Assembly (NCBI GenBank): GCA_041690105.1
Contig: JAWLHX010000014.1
Span: 740 to 64,739 of the forward strand
Reading direction: 5' to 3'
DNA length: 64,000 bases
Source of the DNA: Phycisphaerae bacterium
Lineage (GTDB): Bacteria > Planctomycetota > Phycisphaerae > FEN-1346 > JAACEH01
Below the pieces are notes generated by a model that ran no database searches, was not told the origin of the DNA, and was given only the letters and a program-made list of their open reading frames with translations. The translations under genes and the position numbers were made by a program. The stretch's first letter is position 1. The number at the start of each line of letters is the position of its first letter. Shown here in pieces: positions 19,069 through 28,188 of this stretch.

Positions 19069-20286
19069 TTGATAAAGGATGGCGAAATGTTTGGAAAGCG
19101 TATCAAACTTTTTACCCTGTTCGGCTTTACGGTTCATATGGACCTGAGCTGGCTGATAATAATGGCCCTGATTACCTGGTCGCTGGCCGAGGGCGTTTTT
19201 CGCATGGCCTTTCCGGATACCGAGGCCTGGGTCCGCTGGCTGATGGGCTTTTCCGGAGCAATCGGGCTGCTGCTGTCGATTGTGGTGCACGAGCTTATGC
19301 ACTCGCTGGTGGCCAGGCAGTACGGCCTGCCGATGAAGGGCATAACCCTTTTTGTCTTCGGCGGTGTGGCCGAGATGACCGACGAGCCGCCCAGCCCTAA
19401 AGCCGAGTTCCTGATGGCCCTGGCCGGCCCCGCAGCCAGCCTGGTGGTAGCCATTGTGCTGGGGCTGACGGCCTTGGGATTGCGGGCCTTCGATCTGTCG
19501 CCCTATGCCTTCGCGGTGGTGGCCAACCTGGCTCTTCTCAACGTGCTGCTGCTGATATTCAACCTGATTCCGGCCTTCCCGCTGGATGGCGGTCGAGCTC
19601 TCAGGGCGGCACTCTGGCACTTCAAGGGCAACATCCGCTGGGCCACGCGGGTGACCAGCAAGATCGGCGCGGGCTTCGGGATTCTGCTGGTCGTCCTTGG
19701 CGTGCTCAGCTTCTTCACCGGGAATTTCATCGGCGGACTCTGGCTCTTCCTCATCGGCCTCTTCGTCCGCAATGCCGCCCAGTCTTCGTTCCAGCAACTG
19801 CTTGTGCGCCAGGCCTTGGCCGGCGAGCATGTGAGCCGCTTCATGAGTTCCGAGGTGGTCACCGTGCCGCCCGATGCGACAGTGAAGGAACTGGTTGAGG
19901 ATTACGTTTACCGCTACCACTTCAAGCTGTATCCGGTGGCCAGCAACGGCACTTTGGAAGGCTGCATCTCGACGCGGGAACTGACCGATATTCCTCGCGA
20001 GAAATGGCCCGAGCTGCGCGTAAACGAGATAATCCGCCAGTGCTCGCGCGAAAACACCACGCAGCCCGATGCCGATGCCATGAAGGCCCTGACGCAGATG
20101 GCCCAGAACAACATCAGCCGCCTGCTGGTAGTGGAAGGCCAGCACCTGGCCGGCATCATCACCATGAAGGACATGATGCGTTTCCTCAGCATGAAGCTGG
20201 AACTTGAGGCGGACGATACCGTGCCGGCGGCCAAGATAGCGGGCAAGTACACCGCCCCCAATCAGCCGCCTGCCGACAGGCAGTAA
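19069..20286 (+). CDS. site-2 protease family (M50) zinc metalloprotease with C-terminal CBS-domain pair
   Basis: HELMHSL (HExxH) lies in a TM helix, with an LDGG motif and tandem CBS-like C-terminal domains. Alternative start MFGKRIK at 19087. Confidence 0.8.
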   Translation: MIKDGEMFGKRIKLFTLFGFTVHMDLSWLIIMALITWSLAEGVFRMAFPDTEAWVRWLMGFSGAIGLLLSIVVHELMHSLVARQYGLPMKGITLFVFGGVAEMTDEPPSPKAEFLMALAGPAASLVVAIVLGLTALGLRAFDLSPYAFAVVANLALLNVLLLIFNLIPAFPLDGGRALRAALWHFKGNIRWATRVTSKIGAGFGILLVVLGVLSFFTGNFIGGLWLFLIGLFVRNAAQSSFQQLLVRQALAGEHVSRFMSSEVVTVPPDATVKELVEDYVYRYHFKLYPVASNGTLEGCISTRELTDIPREKWPELRVNEIIRQCSRENTTQPDADAMKALTQMAQNNISRLLVVEGQHLAGIITMKDMMRFLSMKLELEADDTVPAAKIAGKYTAPNQPPADRQ

Positions 20287-20296
20287 AGGCCTGCGC

Positions 20297-20367
20297 GGTG
20301 CCACGGTCTGATCGATGCCACGGTCTGATCGGTGTTTTGGTCTGACGAAGTCAGGCCATGATAACGC
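20297..20367. repeat. palindromic REP-like element, copy 1: tandemly duplicated left arm GCCACGGTCTGATCG x2 plus hairpin GGTCTGAC-GAA-GTCAGGCC
   Basis: The same ~37-nt element, cggtgccatggtctgacgaagtcaggccatgataac, recurs at 25806-25842. Both copies lie just downstream of plus-strand genes. Confidence 0.7.
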
Positions 20368-20569
20368 CTGGAATTCACCTTGGGATGCCGCGGGCACACA
20401 GTCATGGCGCCTGCCATACGCCGCCGCTCAGGCCACTCCCGGGGCGGATCGCGAGGAGAATCGGACGAAAAGGGATTGCCTTTCCGGCGGGAGGTGTCAT
20501 ATTGGTATCTGATGAGCCCAGCAGTGTTGCCGGGCAAGGCCGCATGGAAACGCCGGCAAGGAGAGCAGG

Positions 20570-21787
20570 ATGGCGAAGATGACACCTCGTACACTGATTG
20601 TTCTGATGCTTCTGGCGGGTCTGGCCCTGGGGCCTGTAGCCGCGGAGGAGCCCGCCGCCCAGCCGACCGAAGCGCCGGCCGGCGGCGCTGTGGCCGCGGA
20701 GGAGCCGGCCGTTCAGTCGACGGAAGAGCCGGCCGGCGGCGACGCTGTGGCCGAGACAGCCGATGCCGCCGCGCCATGGTCTCCTGCACCCCAGCGGGAG
20801 CTGACGCAAGAGGAGTTTCCGTTTCCGCCCCACGACCCTCGCCCGCTGATGCAGGCCCTCATCAAGCGTAAGCAGCCCACCGACACTACGCCCTTTACCT
20901 TTGTGGCGGTCAGCGATTGGCACGGTCGCCGGGGTGTGGACCTCTTCGGCCTGCTGCAGAGGCTCAATCCGGACTTTGCCCTGACGATGGGCGACTTGGT
21001 CAACAACGGCATCGGCCCAGGAGGGCTGGCCGAATACCGAAATCTGGAGCGGGCAGCTGGCGAATTCTTTCGTAAGTACCCGACTTGGTCGGCCCCGGGC
21101 AATCACGAGGTGGGCAAAGGAGGCGCGGGAGGCAAACCGGCCGAGCAACAGGCCGAGGCCCGCCGGCGATTCTCGGCCTACTTCGGCCAGCCGCACGACG
21201 ACTTGTTCAGCTTCACCTACGCCAACGCCAAGTTCATCGGCCTGCCGTTCGAGTTCTATGAGAGCGACGATCGGCTGAAAAAGCTGGAGGCGGAACTGGC
21301 CTCAGCCGAAGGCAAGCACATCTTCGTCTTCAGCCACCATGCTTACTATACGGGGCTGTGGAGGCGGCAGAATGCGGTTCGCGAGGCCGCCGCGGAGTTG
21401 TTCAAAAAGCACAAGGTGGTTGCGGTGCTGGGCGGCGGCACCCACCTCTACTACCGGCAACGGAAGGATGGGGTCAACTACATTCTCAACGGCACCGGCG
21501 GCATGCTCGGACCGATTCAGGCCAATCGCAATCATCCCACCTTGCGCAACACCCTGCCCGGCGATGCCTGGTACGGCCGCAATCCGGACGATGGCAGCAA
21601 GAGTCATTTCGTCCGTCCGGACCTGGAGGAACCGATCCGGGTGGAGGGGCAACGAAACTTTGCCGTGCTGATCAGCGTGGAGGGGCCGCGCGTCACGCTT
21701 CGCCTGGTTGATATCGACGGCAAAGAGTGGGATCGCAGCACGCTGGCCGGCCCGGCAACCGAAGAGGCCGCCCCCGCCACCCGCTGA
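20570..21787 (+). CDS. secreted calcineurin-like metallophosphoesterase
   Basis: Signal peptide MAKMTPRTLIVLMLLAGLALGPVAA, an N-terminal EEPAxQxTExPAGG tandem repeat, and the GDLVNNG and GNHE metallophosphatase motifs. Confidence 0.75.
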   Translation: MAKMTPRTLIVLMLLAGLALGPVAAEEPAAQPTEAPAGGAVAAEEPAVQSTEEPAGGDAVAETADAAAPWSPAPQRELTQEEFPFPPHDPRPLMQALIKRKQPTDTTPFTFVAVSDWHGRRGVDLFGLLQRLNPDFALTMGDLVNNGIGPGGLAEYRNLERAAGEFFRKYPTWSAPGNHEVGKGGAGGKPAEQQAEARRRFSAYFGQPHDDLFSFTYANAKFIGLPFEFYESDDRLKKLEAELASAEGKHIFVFSHHAYYTGLWRRQNAVREAAAELFKKHKVVAVLGGGTHLYYRQRKDGVNYILNGTGGMLGPIQANRNHPTLRNTLPGDAWYGRNPDDGSKSHFVRPDLEEPIRVEGQRNFAVLISVEGPRVTLRLVDIDGKEWDRSTLAGPATEEAAPATR

Positions 21788-21858
21788 CGGGACGCAGTTG
21801 GGTGCCGGCCGTCCTTGGGCCAGTGGTTTAAAGGCATGTAATAAGGAGGCAGCAGATT

Positions 21859-22035
21859 ATGCCCAGATCACAGATCAAGGACGAACGCAAGTACCGTGCC
21901 CTGCGACGCGAGGGCCAAAGCAAGGAGAAGGCTGCCCGCATAGCCAACGCCGGCCGACCGGCCTCGCAGAAGGGCGGCAAGGGCTCAAAATACGAAGAGC
22001 GTAGCCGCCAGGAGCTTTGCGAAAAGGCCCGCTAG
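21859..22035 (+). pseudogene. small basic protein of the MPRSxIKD... family with a C-terminal Rho_N-like segment, interrupted by an in-frame TAG (would read on to 22101)
   Basis: Perfect AAGGAGG Shine-Dalgarno at 21844-21850. It reads MPRSQIKDERKYRALRREGQSKEKAARIANAGRPASQKGGKGSKYEERSRQELCEKAR, then a TAG, then in-frame VGIGGRSKMNKQELIDALRHH, which matches the Rho termination factor N-terminal-domain consensus. Confidence 0.5.
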
Positions 22036-22116
22036 GTTGGCATCGGGGGGCGCAGCAAAATGAACAAGCAGGAACTGATAGACGCCCTGCGACATCATTA
22101 GTGCCATACAGGTTTG

Positions 22117-23055
22117 TCACCTCTGCTCGCGTATTTCAGGAACCAGTGGCGGTCCGTTCCAATCATCAAACGGTCTTGCCGGAAGCATTCCCATTTGGAA
22201 ACCGCTGATGAGCCATTCTGATCGCCTGGACGATGCTCCATCACGCCAGAAGCGCCAGTCGCCTGTCGGCCGCCAGACCAGGTCTCCTACGTCGAAGCTC
22301 ATGGCCTCGTCCTGTTCCAGCAACCATTTGTGCCAAGTGTTGAATCGGCTGCCCAGTTGGTTGGCCTCGACACCTTCGAGAAGATCGGTACGATCCGTAG
22401 CACAGGCCAGGAGAGCAAAAGTCCAAGCGGAATCCCAGTAGCTGTCCTGATCTGCAGCAGCAAAACCACGAGCCGTGACCTCGGCTGTGTCCTGCAGGTG
22501 AAAGAAAATGTTTGGCCAGACAGTTACACCCCACCATAGGGCCGCACGATAGTACCTTTTCAGCAGTTCTTTATCCTCCAAGAACATAATTACCTGCTCG
22601 CGCTTCACAGCGGTTACCACACCTCTCCATTGCCTGATCGTCATGCCAGGGGCGAACTCTTCATTCTGCTTTTCAGCATTCATGCCAGGAGGGCAGAGCA
22701 TAGGAAAGGGCCCGAACAGAAGTCTCGCATCAGCTTCGGCCCCATCCTTGCCGAAACGACGGACGAGATACCTGATGCCTTCATCCGATGCGTCTGGCCT
22801 GATGTACTCGAAAAAAATGTCGGAAGACTCATTAAGCACGACTTGCCAGTGCCTGATAAGATCCTGTCGGGCATCAGCAAGATCACTGATGCTCCTGCTG
22901 GCTTTTAACTCCAGTTCGTGGGCATCACCTCTTCCAGTGTTACGCATTCGCTCCCAGCAAGCGACAGCCTTCACTGGCCGTGAAGCCTCGTTGTTGGGCG
23001 AATTGCATCCAATTAGAACCAGCGATAGAAGCATCATCACCAGCCCAATATTCAT
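22117..23055 (-). CDS. hypothetical lipoprotein
   Basis: Lipobox MNIGLVMMLLSLVLIGC at the internal ATG; no recognisable domain; locally lower GC. Confidence 0.55.
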   Translation of the reverse strand: MNIGLVMMLLSLVLIGCNSPNNEASRPVKAVACWERMRNTGRGDAHELELKASRSISDLADARQDLIRHWQVVLNESSDIFFEYIRPDASDEGIRYLVRRFGKDGAEADARLLFGPFPMLCPPGMNAEKQNEEFAPGMTIRQWRGVVTAVKREQVIMFLEDKELLKRYYRAALWWGVTVWPNIFFHLQDTAEVTARGFAAADQDSYWDSAWTFALLACATDRTDLLEGVEANQLGSRFNTWHKWLLEQDEAMSFDVGDLVWRPTGDWRFWRDGASSRRSEWLISGFQMGMLPARPFDDWNGPPLVPEIREQR

Positions 23056-23201
23056 CGTGCCCCTTACTGCTGCACTCCTCGCGCAAGCGTGTTTATAATC
23101 CGCCAGCATCTTCCCCTCCTCTGGTATCTAAATCCGCGTGAACGTCGGGCTCGTCTATGTCGAATTCGTCAAATCCACGGCAGGGCTGGAAGATCACCAC
23201 A

Positions 23202-23570
23202 TTATTGGCCACTAGTTTGCTTGGGTGTCTTCGCCCTTGTCGAAAACCATGGTTCCGATAATTGCCTTCGATTCTTAGTCGACAGTAGTGCCAACAGTGG
23301 CAGTGAAAACCAGATAACCCCAGCGTAAAGTTCCTGCATATATGCTTTTCTCTGCATCGCCAGAATTGCAACTGCAACAGCCCATGAAAAAAGGATTAAA
23401 AAAGGCAAGGAGGCACGCACCCTGCGCAGCAGAAGAATGAGAATAAAACCGTATGCGATTGCCGCGAAATACCACAGTTGTGATAACCCAGCCGGGCCAG
23501 TAACCAGCCCTAGTGATGCCGACATAACCATCGAAATTGCTGCATACAGGACCGCAACTCGCTTATTCAT
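23202..23570 (-). CDS. hypothetical small integral membrane protein (about 4 TM)
   Basis: 122-aa hydrophobic ORF that overlaps the upstream gene by 8 nt (translational coupling). Confidence 0.5.
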   Translation of the reverse strand: MNKRVAVLYAAISMVMSASLGLVTGPAGLSQLWYFAAIAYGFILILLLRRVRASLPFLILFSWAVAVAILAMQRKAYMQELYAGVIWFSLPLLALLSTKNRRQLSEPWFSTRAKTPKQTSGQ

Positions 23571-24087
23571 TCCGTGGTCCTTCTGTGCCGTGTAATTGCA
23601 GCATCCGCTCTATCAGGTGACAAAACTGCTTCGGCACCACAAACTCAGACTCGAAAATGCTGCCAGGATTTACGTTGATTCTGCCAAAGGGGCGTACGTG
23701 CAACACCGTGGAATCGCCACTGCTGTTAATGGCCGTGAGCCGATAGTACCCCATATTAGGACTATCATATGACGAGTATGGGGACAGTCCAGTCTCGACC
23801 GCAGACCTAGCTGCAGCAGCCAGTTCGGCGATTGCTTCCGCGTCGCGCAACATGGCTGTATCAGTACGAACCACATCCGCAAAATAAATCGGCCCCGCCC
23901 TCTCAGCCTTCAACGCCTTCGCCCTCAACTCCTGCAGGGAGTCGACGTCAACGAATACGGGGACAATTTGAACTTCTACGGCACTACTAATAACCTCATC
24001 TGGTGTTGCCTGGTTCCATCGGTACCAGGCAACCATGCATAACACGACCGCCGTAACAATGACCAACCCCACAAATATCTTTTTCAT
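23563..24087 (-). CDS. hypothetical N-terminally membrane-anchored protein
   Basis: MKKIFVGLVIVTAVVLCMVAWY signal-anchor. No domain recognised. Lower GC than the flanks. Confidence 0.5.
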   Translation of the reverse strand: MKKIFVGLVIVTAVVLCMVAWYRWNQATPDEVISSAVEVQIVPVFVDVDSLQELRAKALKAERAGPIYFADVVRTDTAMLRDAEAIAELAAAARSAVETGLSPYSSYDSPNMGYYRLTAINSSGDSTVLHVRPFGRINVNPGSIFESEFVVPKQFCHLIERMLQLHGTEGPRNE

Positions 24088-24480
24088 GATACTCTCCGAG
24101 GCAGTGTCGCGTGCCCTTCCGACCGCGTCAACCTACATTACTCACTCATACTCAGGATTTTATTGTTATGCAGCAAAAGGCACAACAATGAAAACCAGCT
24201 CGGGCCGGCCTGAACCCATTCAACCGCTAACTGCAACTCTTGGTGCGTATCATCCGGCCGCGTTTCGCCGCTTCTCTGCACGCGGGGGCCTCGCCCGGCG
24301 TTTTGGCCCGCTTCCGTAGAATATCACATCAATTCCCCCGCCCTTCATTCTTGCAGAGCGGGCAAAATTGTTTAGAATGCATACTTTTGCGGCAATTGGC
24401 CCGCCATCGTGCATGGCATGCAACACAGGCGGACCTTGCCCACCATCATCTACAACTTTGAGAGAAGAAGAGGAGATGTG

Positions 24481-25674
24481 ATGGCTGACAAAGTTCCTCC
24501 CAGTGTTATTGAAGAACTCGCCGCCAGCGGCCCCGGTATGGAAGTCTGGTTCGACTCCAGCCCGCTGATTTTCGCCGGCTGGGTCGATGAAGTATGCCAG
24601 CAGGCCGAGGCCGGGCATTGCGACAAGCTGCGGGCCCAGCTCAAGCGGCTGTATGTCGCCGAAGACCCCACCGAGAGCGTCTTTGTCGGCTGCACCACCA
24701 ACCCCCCGCTCTCGTGGCAGGTCATTCAGAAGGATCCCGAAACCTGGGGTCCCTGGATCCAGGCCGAATACAAGAAGCACCCGCAGATGACCCGCTCCGA
24801 GCTCTTCTGGCACACCTACCGCTCGGTGGTCAAGGCCGGTGCCCGGGCCTTCCATCCAATCTTCGAAGCCAGCAAGTACAAGCTCGGCTTCGTCAGCGGA
24901 CAGGTCGACCCGCGCGTGCTTACCGACACCGCCAAAATGGTCGAGCAGGGCGTGGCCCTCAACAAGGAATTCGATAACGTCATGATCAAGATGCCCGGCA
25001 CTGCCGAAGGCATCAAGGCCATCGAAGAAATGACCGCTCGCGGCGTGGCCACCAACGCCACCCTGACCTTCGCCCTCAGCCAGCTTCTGGCCGTGGCCGA
25101 GGCGGTCAAAAAGGGTCTGGTCCGCGCCCGGGCCAACAATGTCGACCTCTCCAAGTGGCGCAGCGTTGTCACCATGATGCTCGGCCGCCTGGAAGATCAT
25201 CCCGCATTTGCCGAGCAGGCCAAGGCCGCCGGAATCGACCTGACGCCCGAGAAGAAACGCCTGGCCGGCCTGGCCGTCTTCAAGAAGGCCTATCGGCTCT
25301 TCAAGGAGCGGGGATACGATAGCAAGATGCTGGCCGCCTCCATGCGTATCGGTCCGCAGATCGATGGCCGCAACAAGGTCTGGCACCTGGAGCATCTGGC
25401 CGGCGGCAACGTCGTCCTGACGGTCTTCCCCAACGTCTTCGAGGCCTTCATGGACGGCTACGACAATGGCGAAATCAAGTCCAACATGGACACCCCGGTC
25501 CCGCAGGAGGTCATTGACGAACTGCTCAAGACCGAGTACTTCCGCCAGGCCTACAACGAGGACGGACTGCAGCCGCACCAGTGGATCCAGTATCCTCCGG
25601 TGGTCGCCACAGGCGAAGAATTCGCCAAGGCCACGAACAACATGGAAGCCTTCGTCGGCGACAACATGAAGTAA
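24481..25674 (+). CDS. tal: transaldolase
   Basis: Transaldolase-family sequence with GCTTNPPL (TTNP motif). Start chosen at MADKVPPSVIEEL, with an AGAAGAGGAG Shine-Dalgarno. Confidence 0.8.
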   Translation: MADKVPPSVIEELAASGPGMEVWFDSSPLIFAGWVDEVCQQAEAGHCDKLRAQLKRLYVAEDPTESVFVGCTTNPPLSWQVIQKDPETWGPWIQAEYKKHPQMTRSELFWHTYRSVVKAGARAFHPIFEASKYKLGFVSGQVDPRVLTDTAKMVEQGVALNKEFDNVMIKMPGTAEGIKAIEEMTARGVATNATLTFALSQLLAVAEAVKKGLVRARANNVDLSKWRSVVTMMLGRLEDHPAFAEQAKAAGIDLTPEKKRLAGLAVFKKAYRLFKERGYDSKMLAASMRIGPQIDGRNKVWHLEHLAGGNVVLTVFPNVFEAFMDGYDNGEIKSNMDTPVPQEVIDELLKTEYFRQAYNEDGLQPHQWIQYPPVVATGEEFAKATNNMEAFVGDNMK

Positions 25675-25724
25675 GCCGTAACAATCAACAAGACGCATCG
25701 CGACAACGCAAAATGCAAATGCAC

Positions 25725-25769
25725 CGAAGGCCATGGGACTTACCATCCCATGGCCTTCGTTATTTTGTC
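25725..25769 (+). terminator. Rho-independent terminator of tal
   Basis: Perfect 12-bp stem GAAGGCCATGGG / CCCATGGCCTTC with a 9-nt loop, followed by GTTATTTTGTCG. Confidence 0.7.
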
Positions 25770-25805
25770 GATCCACCAGCTTGCGCCGGCCGGCGCCATA
25801 CTCTG

Positions 25806-25842
25806 TTCGGTGCCATGGTCTGACGAAGTCAGGCCATGATAA
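25806..25842. repeat. palindromic REP-like element, copy 2
   Basis: cggtgccatggtctgacgaagtcaggccatgataac forms a hairpin with a ~12-bp stem (CCATGGTCTGAC / GTCAGGCCATG) and a GAA loop. It is identical in core to the 20338-20367 copy. Confidence 0.7.
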
Positions 25843-25994
25843 CCTTGCGAAGCGCTTGCGGTGCCGGTGCGTCTACCGTGATAATCCGTCGCCGTTCTAA
25901 AGCCCCCGGCACTGCCGGGGGATGAAGTTTTTGGCAACCGTAACTCCGCGGGTGCCGCCCACAAACTCGTTTGTGGGTGCTGCCGTTGCCTCCC

Positions 25995-26939
25995 CTACCC
26001 CTTCAGGCAGAAGTCCACCACCGCTCCCAGAGGCATCATGGCCACGGCACAGGTTGTGTCGCTGGCGCCATAATAAATGCGCAGCGTGCCATCGTCCTCA
26101 ACCGTGTGGCCGCAGGGGAAGATGACGTTCGGGCGGTAGGTGTTTTTGTGGAAGTCCGGAGCGACCTCGTACGGGGCCTCAGGCTCCATCAGCGGGCGCA
26201 GCTGAACCTTTCGCACCTTCGTCGGATCATCCAGATCAAGCATCATGACGCCGATGCGATAAGTCTTCTTCCAGTAATGGTCACGCTCCGGGTAGACCTT
26301 CGCCCCGTGGAAGACGCACAGCCAGCCCTCATCGGTCCGTATGGGATTGCAGGCCGGGCCGATCTTATCCGTCCCCCACTCGATGTCGCGGCTGCGGACC
26401 AGCATCTTGCTGCGGCCCCAGTACACCAGGTCGGGCGAAAATGAAATCCAGGTGTCGAAACCCTCGTGCTGCGTCATGCGGAAAGGCCGGTCGAGCCGGG
26501 CGTACAGACCGCCAATCTTCTCCGGAAATAGCGCCCCATTCCTGTTATCAGGCTCGCTCAGGCCGATCCGTTCGTAATGGATGAAATCCTCCGTGCGGGC
26601 AATGCCCAGCCTGATACCCGTGCCGGTGGCATCGGCCGAGTAGGTCAGATAATACGCCCCGTCGATCTCCTGCAGACGAGAGTCCGCAACGTGCCGCCCC
26701 TCTTCCTCGTTCGGCGTGAAGACCAGCTCGGGGTGCATCTTCCATTTGAGCCCGTCATCGCTGGTGGCCAGCCCGATGGCCTGGCCGTCAGGCTCCCAGT
26801 CGATGCGCGGAGCCATGTAATACTTGCCCCGCGTCTTCAGCACCGCCGGATTGTAAATGAGCTTGCACGGGTACGGAGCATCTTCGGGCACCAGCAGCGG
26901 ATTACCTTCGTAACGGGTGACAAAATCGGCAGCTCGCAT
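25995..26939 (-). CDS. glycoside hydrolase family 130 (beta-mannoside phosphorylase-like, DUF377)
   Basis: GH130-type beta-propeller sequence (YNPAVLKTRGKYYM..., GWLCVFHG, RIYYGASDT). Start at the internal MRAADFV. Confidence 0.75.
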   Translation of the reverse strand: MRAADFVTRYEGNPLLVPEDAPYPCKLIYNPAVLKTRGKYYMAPRIDWEPDGQAIGLATSDDGLKWKMHPELVFTPNEEEGRHVADSRLQEIDGAYYLTYSADATGTGIRLGIARTEDFIHYERIGLSEPDNRNGALFPEKIGGLYARLDRPFRMTQHEGFDTWISFSPDLVYWGRSKMLVRSRDIEWGTDKIGPACNPIRTDEGWLCVFHGAKVYPERDHYWKKTYRIGVMMLDLDDPTKVRKVQLRPLMEPEAPYEVAPDFHKNTYRPNVIFPCGHTVEDDGTLRIYYGASDTTCAVAMMPLGAVVDFCLKG

Positions 26940-27051
26940 AGTTTTGTGATCCTTTTTATCCAGTTTTCGACTATTTGACCACCAGCCGCGCGCCACATTG
27001 CGGCGCCCGGCAGCATCTATAATGTGACACTAATGTGACACTGGCAAAAGC

Positions 27052-28167
27052 TTAGAATTTGCGGACGAACATGATGCCCGCCCCGCCATCGCGCGGCACG
27101 TACGGCATCATCGTGAAGCCGCCCACCTCAACCATGCGGCCCCTGGCCACGCTGTGACCAACCACCGAGCCGATGGCGAAGCCCATGATGACGTCGCTCA
27201 TCCAGTGCTCGCGGTCGTTGATGCGCGACACCCCGCCCCAGCCCGCCAGCAGGTAGGCCGGCACGCCGTACCACGGGCCGTAATATTCGTATACCACGGC
27301 GGCCACGGTCACAGCATGACTGGTATGCCCGCTCGGCCAGGCCCACATTTCGCCATTCGGGCTGCGGTCGTGGGCCACCCATTTCATGCCCTGGGTAATC
27401 ATGCCGTTCAGCATCAGAGCCTGCAGCAAGGTCTTGCTGAAGCCGTACATCTCGTCGTTTTCGGTATAGACGCCCAGACCATAGCCGGCCAGACCCATAC
27501 CGAAGTGCAGGAAAGGATTGCTTATGAAGCCGCCAAAGTCGCCGTCGTGGCTCCAGGCGGTGCGATTTGTCCGAAAGTAGTCGTCGGCATCCTCATCCCA
27601 GTTATGCCGACTGACAGCCGACAGGCCACCCGCCGCCCCCAGAATGATTACCCCCGGAACCGTGGCCGTGTCCTTGGTGCTCTTCCACAATTCGCGCGGC
27701 AACAGCTTGACGTCGTCCCAGATAACCTCCCGCATCGTCCGGCCCGCCAGCGGCCTCTGCCACCACACGTCAAGATCGGTCGCGCCGGGCCGGACGCGTT
27801 CCATCTCTCCGCCGTCAGCCGACTCGGCCGACAGAGGCTGAATCGCGGCCGGCCCCTCGTCCTCATCGGCCATGCTGAAAAGTCGCGGCCCACGGGTCAG
27901 GCTGGCCGACCATGCCAGTGCCCGCCTGCGGTCAATCTCGCTGCGCACATGTTCAGGCGCCTGGTTGTCGATGCCCGCCAGCGACTCCTCGCCCGTTTGC
28001 CACTGCATGTCCGCCTGCCTCTCGGCCGCCCGGGCCAGCACCAGCGGACGCAAGGCCTCCACCTGCCCCCCAACTTCGACCTCGGCCGACGTCCGGCACC
28101 CGGCGCTGACAATCATGATGGTAGCCACAAAAACCGTCGTCAGGATAATCGTTGCACGCTTTGCCAC
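27052..28167 (-). CDS. PAP2-superfamily (phosphatidic acid phosphatase type 2) lipoprotein
   Basis: Lipobox IVSAGC. PAP2 motifs PSGHTSHA and SRINDREHWMSDV. Confidence 0.8.
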   Translation of the reverse strand: MAKRATIILTTVFVATIMIVSAGCRTSAEVEVGGQVEALRPLVLARAAERQADMQWQTGEESLAGIDNQAPEHVRSEIDRRRALAWSASLTRGPRLFSMADEDEGPAAIQPLSAESADGGEMERVRPGATDLDVWWQRPLAGRTMREVIWDDVKLLPRELWKSTKDTATVPGVIILGAAGGLSAVSRHNWDEDADDYFRTNRTAWSHDGDFGGFISNPFLHFGMGLAGYGLGVYTENDEMYGFSKTLLQALMLNGMITQGMKWVAHDRSPNGEMWAWPSGHTSHAVTVAAVVYEYYGPWYGVPAYLLAGWGGVSRINDREHWMSDVIMGFAIGSVVGHSVARGRMVEVGGFTMMPYVPRDGGAGIMFVRKF

Positions 28168-28188
28168 GCTGATCTCCGCATGATGTTG

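Noticed and set aside
18562-20397. 611-aa minus-strand ORF, plus the other long antisense ORFs (8570-10315+, 10057-11322+, 11707-13395+, 24250-25776-, 44842-46095+, 46208-48151+, 48568-50250-, 56053-57942-)
   Set aside because: Each lies opposite a gene with clear homology (PEBP/S2P, nuoG/nuoF/nuoD, tal, DUF1015, ahcY/trpF, GH10, hydantoinase). High GC suppresses stop codons on the antisense strand. Their translations are Arg/Gly/His-rich with no motifs.
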